NCBI GenBank assembly: GCA_903858595.1
Contig: CAIOJL010000005.1
Location: forward strand, 1-59,304
Reading direction: 5' to 3'
Length of the DNA: 59,304 nt
From: an uncultured Spartobacteria bacterium
GTDB taxonomy: Bacteria > Verrucomicrobiota > Verrucomicrobiia > Chthoniobacterales > UBA6821
Shown piece after piece: positions 20,877 to 29,266 of the stretch; position 1 is the first letter of the stretch, and each line of letters begins with the position of its first letter. A program made the position numbers and the translations under genes. The notes under the pieces were generated by a model. That model searched no databases. It saw nothing but the letters and a program-made list of their open reading frames with translations, and was not told where the DNA came from.

Positions 20877-20892
20877 TCAGTTATCAGTCGTT

Positions 20893-22035
20893 TTAGCCTT
20901 CAGCCTTTAGTATACCTTCCAGTTCACGGAGGAAAATTTGAGCTGTTTCCTCTAACCGGAAGAGCATGGGCAAACGTTGTTGGGTTGCCATAGCTTGCAA
21001 AGCTGTCGGCAAATCGTGATGGATCAATTCATTTCGAAACAACCTTTCCATGGAAAGTTCACCATCTGTTATGGGCATCCAGATCGGCAACCCATGCTCC
21101 AGCATGGCGAGAGCTGTGCCGCTCTTGCCTAGCAAACTAGGTGTCGCTCGGACAACCCCCAAGGAGCAAGTACTCAATACGGCACTCAATTCCTTTGCCG
21201 GAACGAAACCGCAATCGGCTATCGTGAGAGGTAGCAGACCCTCTTCCGCACTCAAACGGGCAAGAAATCGATCCTTTTCATCACCTCCCCTGGAAATAAG
21301 AACCAAACCCAAGCGCGATTTGCTAACATTGACGGCCTCTCGGAGACCGGACACTAGTTGGCTTAAACAAGGTTCCCTAGGCGCAGCCCCAAAATAAAGG
21401 ATCCAATGGTCAGCCAGATTCTGTAACTTTGCAAAGGGCTCGGGTAACTCTGCATCACTCTCTGCAGTAGGGATATTACCAAAAAGCTCGAGCTGACCGG
21501 CACGAATGCCAAGGGACTGAAGTCTCCCAACATACAGTGGTATAGAGGTGTGCACGACGTCTGATGATAATCTGGAGACAAGCCTGCGAATGATGATGCG
21601 TTGCAGGAAGGAGACGAGATAGTGGGATGGCTTTTTATGATCACTGATCCAGAGTTCGTGTACCATGAGATGGATTCTCCTACCGGATAGAATCTTTTTA
21701 AGCCTCCTGCCCAAACCGAAAGGGAGACCCTTCGGATGAAATCCATAGGGCACAAATTGGAGGCTGACCCAGTCCGGATCGAATGCATCCAAGAAGTCTT
21801 TGGCAATCTTCACTCGGTCCTCCCATGACGAGCTGGAAGAGAGACGAAGCATAGGAATTTCGGCCGTTTCGCTTGCCTGAACCTCTCGCCGAGATTCGTA
21901 TATCCAGGCATCGCTCAATGCAATAATAACGCATTCCTTACCGCAACGGATCAACTCCCCCGCAAGAAGGCGTGTGTAGTCACCTACACCATTGCAACCG
22001 ACCTCCATCGAAGAGCATAGAAAGGCGATCCTCAT
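20893..22035 (-). CDS. glycosyltransferase (GT1/GT4-like fold)
   Basis: About 380 aa starting MRIAFLCSSMEVGCNGVGDYTRLLAGEL.... I prefer the ATG at 22035 because it is preceded by GAAGAGG and lies 13 nt after the upstream stop. The track ORF starts at 22074. Confidence 0.7.
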   Translation of the reverse strand: MRIAFLCSSMEVGCNGVGDYTRLLAGELIRCGKECVIIALSDAWIYESRREVQASETAEIPMLRLSSSSSWEDRVKIAKDFLDAFDPDWVSLQFVPYGFHPKGLPFGLGRRLKKILSGRRIHLMVHELWISDHKKPSHYLVSFLQRIIIRRLVSRLSSDVVHTSIPLYVGRLQSLGIRAGQLELFGNIPTAESDAELPEPFAKLQNLADHWILYFGAAPREPCLSQLVSGLREAVNVSKSRLGLVLISRGGDEKDRFLARLSAEEGLLPLTIADCGFVPAKELSAVLSTCSLGVVRATPSLLGKSGTALAMLEHGLPIWMPITDGELSMERLFRNELIHHDLPTALQAMATQQRLPMLFRLEETAQIFLRELEGILKAEG

Positions 22036-22048
22036 GAGGGGCACCTCT

Positions 22049-22996
22049 TCATTTCCTTCGGTAAAAACGTCCAATCAATGAGGCAAGAGCGCTCCTTGCT
22101 CTCATCGCATGGAGATTGCCTTGAGAAAATGTCGTAAGAGTACCTTCGGCATACTTCCAAAAAGCCTTGTCGGCCACTGTGGGAGGGCGAGCAAGCAAGG
22201 CTTCCCGGAGATATTTTTTGCACCACGGCTTGGGAGAGCCAATGGCATGGGGAAGGATCGCCTGAGGACCGGAGAACCCCATGGCCTCGCGCCCTAAGAT
22301 GAAAAACTCTAGCTCTGGAGATGTATCCACAAGGGCATTCAATGCATCTTGATCAGGTTGCGAAAAGCATGCGGCATATCCCCTGACCGGGAAACCGCTG
22401 CCATTGAGGCCTGTCACTTTGGAGCCCCCCACAATATCCGCAATCCTTGCATTCATCTCCTTCCATCGATCCAAAAGTTTACTTGCCACCCTTGGCAAGC
22501 CGAGAAAGCCAGCGTTTAGAAATAAGTCGGTCGAAGATGTCCACGCCAAATCGGGAAAGTATCTTTTCCAGGCAGCCCTGATCGGGTGCTTTCTACTCAT
22601 AGGAGAATTCACATCCTCACAGAGAAGAATGCCTAACTGGAGCAAATCCGAAAAGTGACTCCAAGGAGCGTCGAATACTAAATCCGGATCCGCATAAACC
22701 AGATAATCAGCCTCCTTAGCGGCCCCCTCAAGGAGGTTAAGCATAAAATCAGGCTTGAAATTCGTGAAATGAGCCTTGGGATCCAGAGGAAGAAATGTAA
22801 GGGTAATTTCTGATGAGATTATCATGCACCTTGAACCATCCAAGCCGTGAGTCGCACAACTGGCCCACTTAGGAAGTGTACCCCTGTATCCGGCAAAGAT
22901 CTCCCCAAAAAATCTATTCCTGCAGAGTGAATTAACGAGGGTCGCGACCCCATGGTGATAATCTCCCTCGAACAGAGTGCAGACAGCCGTCTTCAT
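22049..22996 (-). CDS. putative GT-A fold (GT8-like) glycosyltransferase
   Basis: About 315 aa from MKTAVCTLFEGDYHHGVATLVNSL.... It has a DxD-like YADPDLVF. The ATG (22996-22994) overlaps the flippase TGA (22995-22993) as ATGA. The track ORF up to 23314 runs inside the flippase gene. Confidence 0.55.
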   Translation of the reverse strand: MKTAVCTLFEGDYHHGVATLVNSLCRNRFFGEIFAGYRGTLPKWASCATHGLDGSRCMIISSEITLTFLPLDPKAHFTNFKPDFMLNLLEGAAKEADYLVYADPDLVFDAPWSHFSDLLQLGILLCEDVNSPMSRKHPIRAAWKRYFPDLAWTSSTDLFLNAGFLGLPRVASKLLDRWKEMNARIADIVGGSKVTGLNGSGFPVRGYAACFSQPDQDALNALVDTSPELEFFILGREAMGFSGPQAILPHAIGSPKPWCKKYLREALLARPPTVADKAFWKYAEGTLTTFSQGNLHAMRARSALASLIGRFYRRK

Positions 22997-24294
22997 GGAC
23001 GTGAACCCCCGTTTTCCTCCGAACGAAGATCCGCCATACACCGGTTCGTTACATAAACCCCATGCATGATTAGATTGATCGAATTCATCGCCAAGGAAAG
23101 AAGGATGACACCACTGACAGTCGCCACGTTCAGCGCACAGATCAAAGCGATTTGGCAAACCATTCCCGAAGTAATCGATATCCACGGCGGAATAACTATG
23201 CCCCGGGAAACACCCAGCCCGTAAGCCCCGCCTGCAAGCATCCCCATAGCGGATGATGCGACTGTAAGGATCACTTCGGTTTTTAGGGCATGATACTTTG
23301 AACCTAGGAGCCAAAGGGCTCCCTCAGGGAATATCCCAACGAGACAGACAATTATCGCTCCCATTACTGCCAAGATACTCATTATCAAAAGAAAGCAGCG
23401 GAGAATTAGGGATGATCGGGCCGGCAGGCGAGAAAATCTGGGCACAATCACCGCGGAGAAGATTGCTGAGAAGATCACCAAGACCTGACCTATCCGTCCT
23501 AGAGCGCCGACCTGCGCAAGCTGATGGGTGCTTCCGAAGATCGAAATCAACCATATGGTGATTTGGCCGAAGAGGGCATAGTAGATTGTTCCGGGCATGG
23601 TGCGCTTCACCAAGGAAACGATCTCCCTCCGTACCACAGGGTCCTTCCCACATTCGTAATCAGCGATCTCCCTTGCAAGGGTACGCAACTGTCGATTGGC
23701 CCAGAATTGAGGGATTCCAGCTGCAAAAACGGCATTCGCTGCATAAGGGAAGAGTTTGAGACATCCGGCCAAGGCGATCACCCTGCCTATAGACTGAAGG
23801 AGATTGAGACGAGCCAGTTCGCCCAAACGCTGGTGGAGGCTCGGGGCTATTGTCAACAAGGTGCCTTTCAGTGCAAGCGAGAAGGAGAGAAGAACCCCCG
23901 ATGTGATAAAACCCGTTTGCAAAATCGTGGCTCCATGAGCCTGAAGGCTATAAATAAGAAATGGCAGGCAAAACAGCATCGCGGCCAGAGAAAACTTCTG
24001 ACGCAACCGATAGCCCGTTGCGATAACAATACCGAGTTTTTCCCGATCACGCCAGCATCGCCCCCCTTGGGACATCACACTGCTTGCGATTCCCCCATCT
24101 GAAAACAAGGTCATCGCACCCAATATCGAATTGGCAATGGTGTAGAGGGCGTACTGTTCCGTACTGAGCACGCGAACGATATAAAGACCGGCAAGCATTC
24201 CCAAACCCTGCACCAACGTCTGCGAGCTTCCAAAAAGACCAAGAACCCTGATCTGACTTCCCCTCCCCTTGAACGGATTCCTAAAAAAGTTCAT
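22993..24294 (-). CDS. Wzx-like polysaccharide flippase (MOP superfamily)
   Basis: 433 aa and polytopic (about 12 hydrophobic segments). The N-terminus is typical of polysaccharide biosynthesis/flippase proteins, and the gene sits between the BY-kinase and the GTs. Confidence 0.7.
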   Translation of the reverse strand: MNFFRNPFKGRGSQIRVLGLFGSSQTLVQGLGMLAGLYIVRVLSTEQYALYTIANSILGAMTLFSDGGIASSVMSQGGRCWRDREKLGIVIATGYRLRQKFSLAAMLFCLPFLIYSLQAHGATILQTGFITSGVLLSFSLALKGTLLTIAPSLHQRLGELARLNLLQSIGRVIALAGCLKLFPYAANAVFAAGIPQFWANRQLRTLAREIADYECGKDPVVRREIVSLVKRTMPGTIYYALFGQITIWLISIFGSTHQLAQVGALGRIGQVLVIFSAIFSAVIVPRFSRLPARSSLILRCFLLIMSILAVMGAIIVCLVGIFPEGALWLLGSKYHALKTEVILTVASSAMGMLAGGAYGLGVSRGIVIPPWISITSGMVCQIALICALNVATVSGVILLSLAMNSINLIMHGVYVTNRCMADLRSEENGGSRP

Positions 24295-24507
24295 TAGCTC
24301 ATTTCCCGTAAGGATCGCTGATTGAAAAGAAATGCCGGGTTGATTAGAAATATTTTAAGGGCCAGCGACCGAGTTGTGTCAGTCTTCACGATGATGAACT
24401 TTCCGTCTACGAGCTTTTTTGAATTACCTAAATAATATTATCTCATTTTGACTAAGATAATACTCTAGCTATCGTGTGTGTGAGTCATGTATATAAGAAA
24501 GAGCAAA
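24295..24507 (-). promoter_or_regulatory. AT-rich 213-nt gap, probable internal promoter/5' UTR for the flippase-GT block
   Basis: This is one of the few markedly AT-rich, ORF-free gaps between the co-directional genes of the locus (e.g. ...ttgaattacctaaataatattatctcattttgactaagataatact...). No specific -35/-10 assignment is made. Confidence 0.3.
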
Positions 24508-26760
24508 TCAACTCCTGTTGTTGTCTTTATTTTCCCCGTAGACGCTATCTTTTACATAGCGGTTGTTATAGTAATAATAGTAATAGCTTGAGGATCCTCT
24601 CTTGGGGATTTTATTAAGAACAGCGCCGCACAGGCGCGCTGATGTTTTACCAAGGAGCATCAGTGAACGCTGGACGACTTTGCTGGGAGTGGTTTCGCAA
24701 GATACGATAAGGATTGCATTTTGAACTCCCTTAGCCAGCAACAATGTGTCGCTTACAGAATTCACAGGTGCACTATCGATAATGACATAATCGTACCGCT
24801 CTGAAATCTTCTTCAAATGCTCTTCTATATTTGCCGCAGCCAGAATCTCTCCAGGCCGGACTCTATTGATGCCGGCCGTTATAAAATCAAGATTTGGGAT
24901 TTTATCACTCTTTTGAATGATTTCCTCCTTCGCCGCCCCCCCAACTAAGTAATCTCCCAATCCTAAAACCTGTTTTCCAGCTATCATGACGTGGTGGATG
25001 GTCGGGCGCCGTAAATCCCCGTCGATAATGAGAGTTCTCTTGCCAAGTTGTGAATAGGCTATCGCCAACCCAAGTGCTGTGAACGATTTTCCTTCGCTCG
25101 GGATGGAACTTGTCACCAGAAGGATCTTGGTCTCATCGTCATGACTGAGTAGAGACATATTCGTGCGCAGTGTCCTGAAGGACTCCGCAATCGGGGAATT
25201 ATTTGTTTGCAGTAGGGGGTGATGATAGATTTCACCGTTGTCATAGAAGTTAAACGGCTTCTCCTTAGGAAGAGCTCCTACTACTGTCAATCCTGTCATC
25301 GACTCCAATCCATCCACAGAACGGAATCCTGAATTGATCCTATCGGCGGCGATAATGGCACCTGCGCATGCCAGAAACTGCAGGGCGAACGCCACAAGCA
25401 GAATCATGGATCTCTTCGGCTTGGAGGGCTTCCCCGGAATACTTGGTTCCTCGATGATACGGTACGGCGCTGCCTCCATGCTTGCCTCCACACCCGTCTC
25501 CCGCAGGCGAGTCATCACTCCCTGGTAGGTGGCGCGATCGGTCTCCACCTCGCGGGCCAGAACATTGTAACGAATCGAAACTTTGTTGAACTCGAGCGCC
25601 TTCTCCTGCTGCTCCTTAAAGGACTCCTCCAGCTTGCTCTCGGTTTGAGTCATGGCCTGATAATTGGCGGCAAGGATTTCACGGGCCTTGGCGGCAGCAT
25701 CCGAAAGCACCTGACGCTGCGCTTGGAGGGAATTCTCAGCGCCGATGTATTTGGGATGTTTGGGGAGATAGCGCTCTTTCATGGAAGCAAAATCAGCTTG
25801 CGCCTTCAGAAGATCCTGACCGCTGGAAGCCACTTGGGGGATGGCGGCCACGCTGCTGATGCGAAGGAGAGACCCTGTGTCACCTTGCTTCACTTTATCG
25901 AGCGACTCGAGATCCGACTCAAGCTTGAGGCGGGCATCTTTGGCTTCGGTGACCGACCTATTCACTTCCTGTAATTTTTGCAACACAATATTTTGATTTT
26001 GATCAAGCGGAATTTCACGGTGACTTTCCCTGTAGCCTTGGAGTTCCTGCTCGGATTCCTCCAGTTTGCTCTTGAGCTTCGCCGCCTCTTCCTTAAGGAA
26101 TTCATTTGCCTCTCTCGAAGCCCCCATCCTTTGCTCGAAGCTTTCGTTCAAAAACTCCTTCACCACTGCTGAAGCAAGAGTGGCGGCCTGCACGGGATCA
26201 TGGTCATCCACCGAGATATCAATAAGACGGGTGCTTCGCCTAAGTGCTACACTGACCTTGCCTTGGAGTTGACTGATAACCCGTCCTTCATCGGGCTTCA
26301 TTCCCCCTGACGCGAAAGCCGGATCCTCCTGCAGTTTGTTCGCCCTGACCACACGCTTCATCACATTTCTGCTGGCGATTACCTGGACGACGCTGTTCAC
26401 GAAGTCGACGGTGGCAGGGGTGTCCTGGCTATCGTCAGCATTGGCGAGAACCTTCTGCTCTTTCTGTACGACTTGAAGAACTGCCGTTGAAGTATAAATC
26501 TTAGGCAACCTCATCACCACAAAAACAGTAACCGCCATCCCGATCGCCATGATAAGGGCAATGATCCAGATTCGTCTGATAAGAAGATTCAGGATATGCT
26601 GGAAGCCTTCGGTCGATTCTGGACTTCCATCTGGGTAATACTGATAGGGATTGCCTCCATAAGTGGAGGCGCGGGAAGTGCGCGGGCCTGCCCCCTCGAA
26701 GGATGCCATACCGTCAATGGATTCCCCTCGCTCATGTAAATTGTCTTCAGGTTGGATCAT
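24508..26760 (-). CDS. polysaccharide co-polymerase / tyrosine autokinase (Wzz-GNVR domain + BY-kinase)
   Basis: 750 aa with two TM segments flanking a long coiled-coil periplasmic domain. It has Walker A SSIPSEGKS, Walker A' LIIDGDLRRP and Walker B YDYVIIDSAP. The C-terminal tail is tyrosine-rich (SSSYYYYYYNNRYVKDSVY). Confidence 0.85.
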   Translation of the reverse strand: MIQPEDNLHERGESIDGMASFEGAGPRTSRASTYGGNPYQYYPDGSPESTEGFQHILNLLIRRIWIIALIMAIGMAVTVFVVMRLPKIYTSTAVLQVVQKEQKVLANADDSQDTPATVDFVNSVVQVIASRNVMKRVVRANKLQEDPAFASGGMKPDEGRVISQLQGKVSVALRRSTRLIDISVDDHDPVQAATLASAVVKEFLNESFEQRMGASREANEFLKEEAAKLKSKLEESEQELQGYRESHREIPLDQNQNIVLQKLQEVNRSVTEAKDARLKLESDLESLDKVKQGDTGSLLRISSVAAIPQVASSGQDLLKAQADFASMKERYLPKHPKYIGAENSLQAQRQVLSDAAAKAREILAANYQAMTQTESKLEESFKEQQEKALEFNKVSIRYNVLAREVETDRATYQGVMTRLRETGVEASMEAAPYRIIEEPSIPGKPSKPKRSMILLVAFALQFLACAGAIIAADRINSGFRSVDGLESMTGLTVVGALPKEKPFNFYDNGEIYHHPLLQTNNSPIAESFRTLRTNMSLLSHDDETKILLVTSSIPSEGKSFTALGLAIAYSQLGKRTLIIDGDLRRPTIHHVMIAGKQVLGLGDYLVGGAAKEEIIQKSDKIPNLDFITAGINRVRPGEILAAANIEEHLKKISERYDYVIIDSAPVNSVSDTLLLAKGVQNAILIVSCETTPSKVVQRSLMLLGKTSARLCGAVLNKIPKRGSSSYYYYYYNNRYVKDSVYGENKDNNRS

Positions 26761-26825
26761 GAGTAAAAATGATACAGTTGTGTTGTGTAAAAGGTATCCG
26801 GGATCCGTAGTTTCTTAAAAAGAGT

Positions 26826-27407
26826 TTAAAATAGCGCTTCTCCCACGTTAATGATGTCTCCGGGTTTGACCATGAAGTTCGCTTCTTTTCCAGAGGCCAT
26901 TTTCTTTGTGTTGAACCTCATGATTTCTTCCCGGCCTCCTTGAACACGCTTGAGCGTGACATTTCCCAAATCAGCCACCTTTGTATATCCACCCGCCATG
27001 CCTATGGCCTGAAGCAACGAAATCTCATCGGTATTCATCAGGTCATAGGCCCCGGGTCGATTAACCTGCCCTAGCACGGTAAATAACCTTCTGGCATAGG
27101 ATCTCACGGTGAGCCCTACCTGAGGATTAACTAAATACCCGTCCTTCAATCGTGCTTTGATGATTTCTGTGGCCTCGCCCACGCTTTTTCCCCCGATTGG
27201 GACGCTTCCTACAAGAGGAAAGATTGCGCTCCCATCACCTGCTATACGAATCACGGAATCAAGATCAGATTCCCCAAAGACGCGGAAGTCAATCAGGTCA
27301 TCAGCAGCAAGTCGGTAGTTCTCTTTATTCTGCGCCTTGCCATGGGAACAAAGCAGAACACAAAATAAAAGTGCCAAGTAGAGAAAGCGGTGTGAATTGA
27401 GAGTCAT
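26826..27407 (-). CDS. polysaccharide export protein (Wza/OPX family, short form)
   Basis: 193 aa with a signal peptide. The Poly_export motif region (YRLAADDLIDFRVFGESDL...GDGSAIFPLVGSVPIGGKSVGEA) and an SLBB-like C-terminus are present. Confidence 0.8.
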   Translation of the reverse strand: MTLNSHRFLYLALLFCVLLCSHGKAQNKENYRLAADDLIDFRVFGESDLDSVIRIAGDGSAIFPLVGSVPIGGKSVGEATEIIKARLKDGYLVNPQVGLTVRSYARRLFTVLGQVNRPGAYDLMNTDEISLLQAIGMAGGYTKVADLGNVTLKRVQGGREEIMRFNTKKMASGKEANFMVKPGDIINVGEALF

Positions 27408-27432
27408 GATATATTAAAGTAAAGATCAAGGG

Positions 27433-28959
27433 TTAAAAAGAGGCTGATACCTCTGCGCCGATCTGATAGCCATTAAAATTATATTCCTGTTGGTTGCTGT
27501 TCTCAAATCGGTAAGTAAAGAAAGTTTGGACTTTGTAATATTTTAAGAAATTATATCCCGCGGCAGGCTTAACGAAAGCGTAATTCTGGTATGACCCCTT
27601 GGAATTGCTAGAACTATCACTATAAAACTGATCGTTTTCATAGCCGACAATCCATGAGGTAAAGAAACGGCCGATCGTTTTGTTTGCAGAAATTAATACT
27701 CCGGTAGCCATGAAATAGCTATTGGCTTGAACTTGAGCTGCCGAATTCTGGTAATGACGGTAGAATGCCAGGGTGAAATCACTGCCCCCAAAACCCGGCA
27801 GGGCTCTGGGGAGATTCATCAGGGATTGATCGGCCTCGATCTGCGCCCTCGAGTGATCGCCGGGCCTGGCAAATGGGTTAAAGTCAAACTGAAGATCGCC
27901 AACCGGTGTGACATTGCTCTGGCCGCTTGTGGGCCATTGGTTGGCTAACGCAGACACATTAATGCGAAATGCAACTTTATGAGCCAGTTGGTATTTGAAG
28001 CGGGTACCCACTTCCTCAAAGTATCGGGTGGGGCTCCCTTCTGTTGGATTCGATCCAACGACTCCAACCAGACCGAGAATGGTTTTTTCAGTCATCTGGT
28101 GATCCGCGCGCAATTTTACAAGCTGTTCGTAGGAGCTGTTGTTACTGCCTGCATAGATAGAGCTATTTTGTTCAAGGCCCACTATAAGCCTTGTTTTTTC
28201 GGTCATAAGATACTGAAAGGCCAAGGCATTATAAAGAATACTCTGCGTAGCAAAGTTTCCGATATCACGGTTGGGGCCACCCAACATGCCGTAGGAGCTT
28301 GTCCAAAGAATACGAAATTTATCCCATGCATATTGTAGCCTAAGGTTGGCTGCTTGCGTCAGATAGTCGGAACCGGTGATGCTCGAATACAGAATTCCAA
28401 CAGCCTCGTAACTGAGATCCAGATAGCTGTTCTGTTGGTTTTTGTAGTCACCCAGGGCGTAGGCGAGCCCAGCTCCCACATCCAACACTCCCGAGGAGCG
28501 TTGGTTCTCATGTTGGAGAAAGACGTTGTTGTCGTAGTAAGCTTTTGTTACGAGGCCTGGTTTGATAACCCACTTGGGTGTTTCAGAATCGTCATCCCCA
28601 GGGGTTGCGTTTGACGAATCAATCGGATTCCCGGTAGAAAGATTGGCCGGCTTGTTAGTTATTGCGCCATATTCTGTCAGGGAGACAGAGTCGATCATAC
28701 GGGTGTTCTCCTGGACACCATTCGGGGCGTCAGTATTCAGGGGCGTTGCCGAACCCGCCTCAGATTCGGTCCCAGTCACGGGTCCAACCGGCAACAAAGC
28801 CGCTCCCACAGGGATTGAAATCAGTGTACTGGTATCGCCGCTTGCAGTCTGTGATCTCACCTGTACTGGCAGGAGAAGCGAGACCGCTCCAATCAGAGGT
28901 AACACCCATCCCTTTGGGGGACGAATTCGTTGGAGTAACAGTGTGATGCGCAAAGACAT
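27433..28959 (-). CDS. predicted outer-membrane beta-barrel protein of the EPS locus
   Basis: 508 aa with a signal peptide. It shows alternating aromatic/hydrophobic beta-strand patterning and a terminal ...GAEVSASF (C-terminal Phe). It occupies the first position of the export block. Confidence 0.6.
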   Translation of the reverse strand: MSLRITLLLQRIRPPKGWVLPLIGAVSLLLPVQVRSQTASGDTSTLISIPVGAALLPVGPVTGTESEAGSATPLNTDAPNGVQENTRMIDSVSLTEYGAITNKPANLSTGNPIDSSNATPGDDDSETPKWVIKPGLVTKAYYDNNVFLQHENQRSSGVLDVGAGLAYALGDYKNQQNSYLDLSYEAVGILYSSITGSDYLTQAANLRLQYAWDKFRILWTSSYGMLGGPNRDIGNFATQSILYNALAFQYLMTEKTRLIVGLEQNSSIYAGSNNSSYEQLVKLRADHQMTEKTILGLVGVVGSNPTEGSPTRYFEEVGTRFKYQLAHKVAFRINVSALANQWPTSGQSNVTPVGDLQFDFNPFARPGDHSRAQIEADQSLMNLPRALPGFGGSDFTLAFYRHYQNSAAQVQANSYFMATGVLISANKTIGRFFTSWIVGYENDQFYSDSSSNSKGSYQNYAFVKPAAGYNFLKYYKVQTFFTYRFENSNQQEYNFNGYQIGAEVSASF

Positions 28960-29266
28960 TATTTTAATAAAATACTAGCCGTAATCCTATTCAACAAAAC
29001 CACAATAAACAACCCTACTTAAGAAGGGTAAATGTTCCAGTTTTGTCGCTTTAATTAGATTGACTTCAAGAGGCCTATCCTCCACTGGGGAGCAAGCGAT
29101 GTGGCTGTAGTCACTGCACTACAGTCCCAGCGATGCGACGCTGCTTTACGCACATGCCGCCGCAAGGAATGGCTATAGTATTGTTTAAATTGCTCTAGGG
29201 CTATGCTATCTTTTTAGGATTGGCCTTCACTACACTCGCGACGTGCTCGGCCGGAGGATATGAAAA

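Noticed and set aside
22997-23314. N-terminal extensions proposed by the ORF track: GT 22049-23314, icd up to 8752, ilvH from 45534, fbaB from 47167, sdhA from 42078.
   Set aside because: The extensions overlap upstream genes or add non-homologous residues before the conserved N-terminus. Internal ATGs reproduce the family-typical starts, including ATGA stop/start coupling at 22993-22996.
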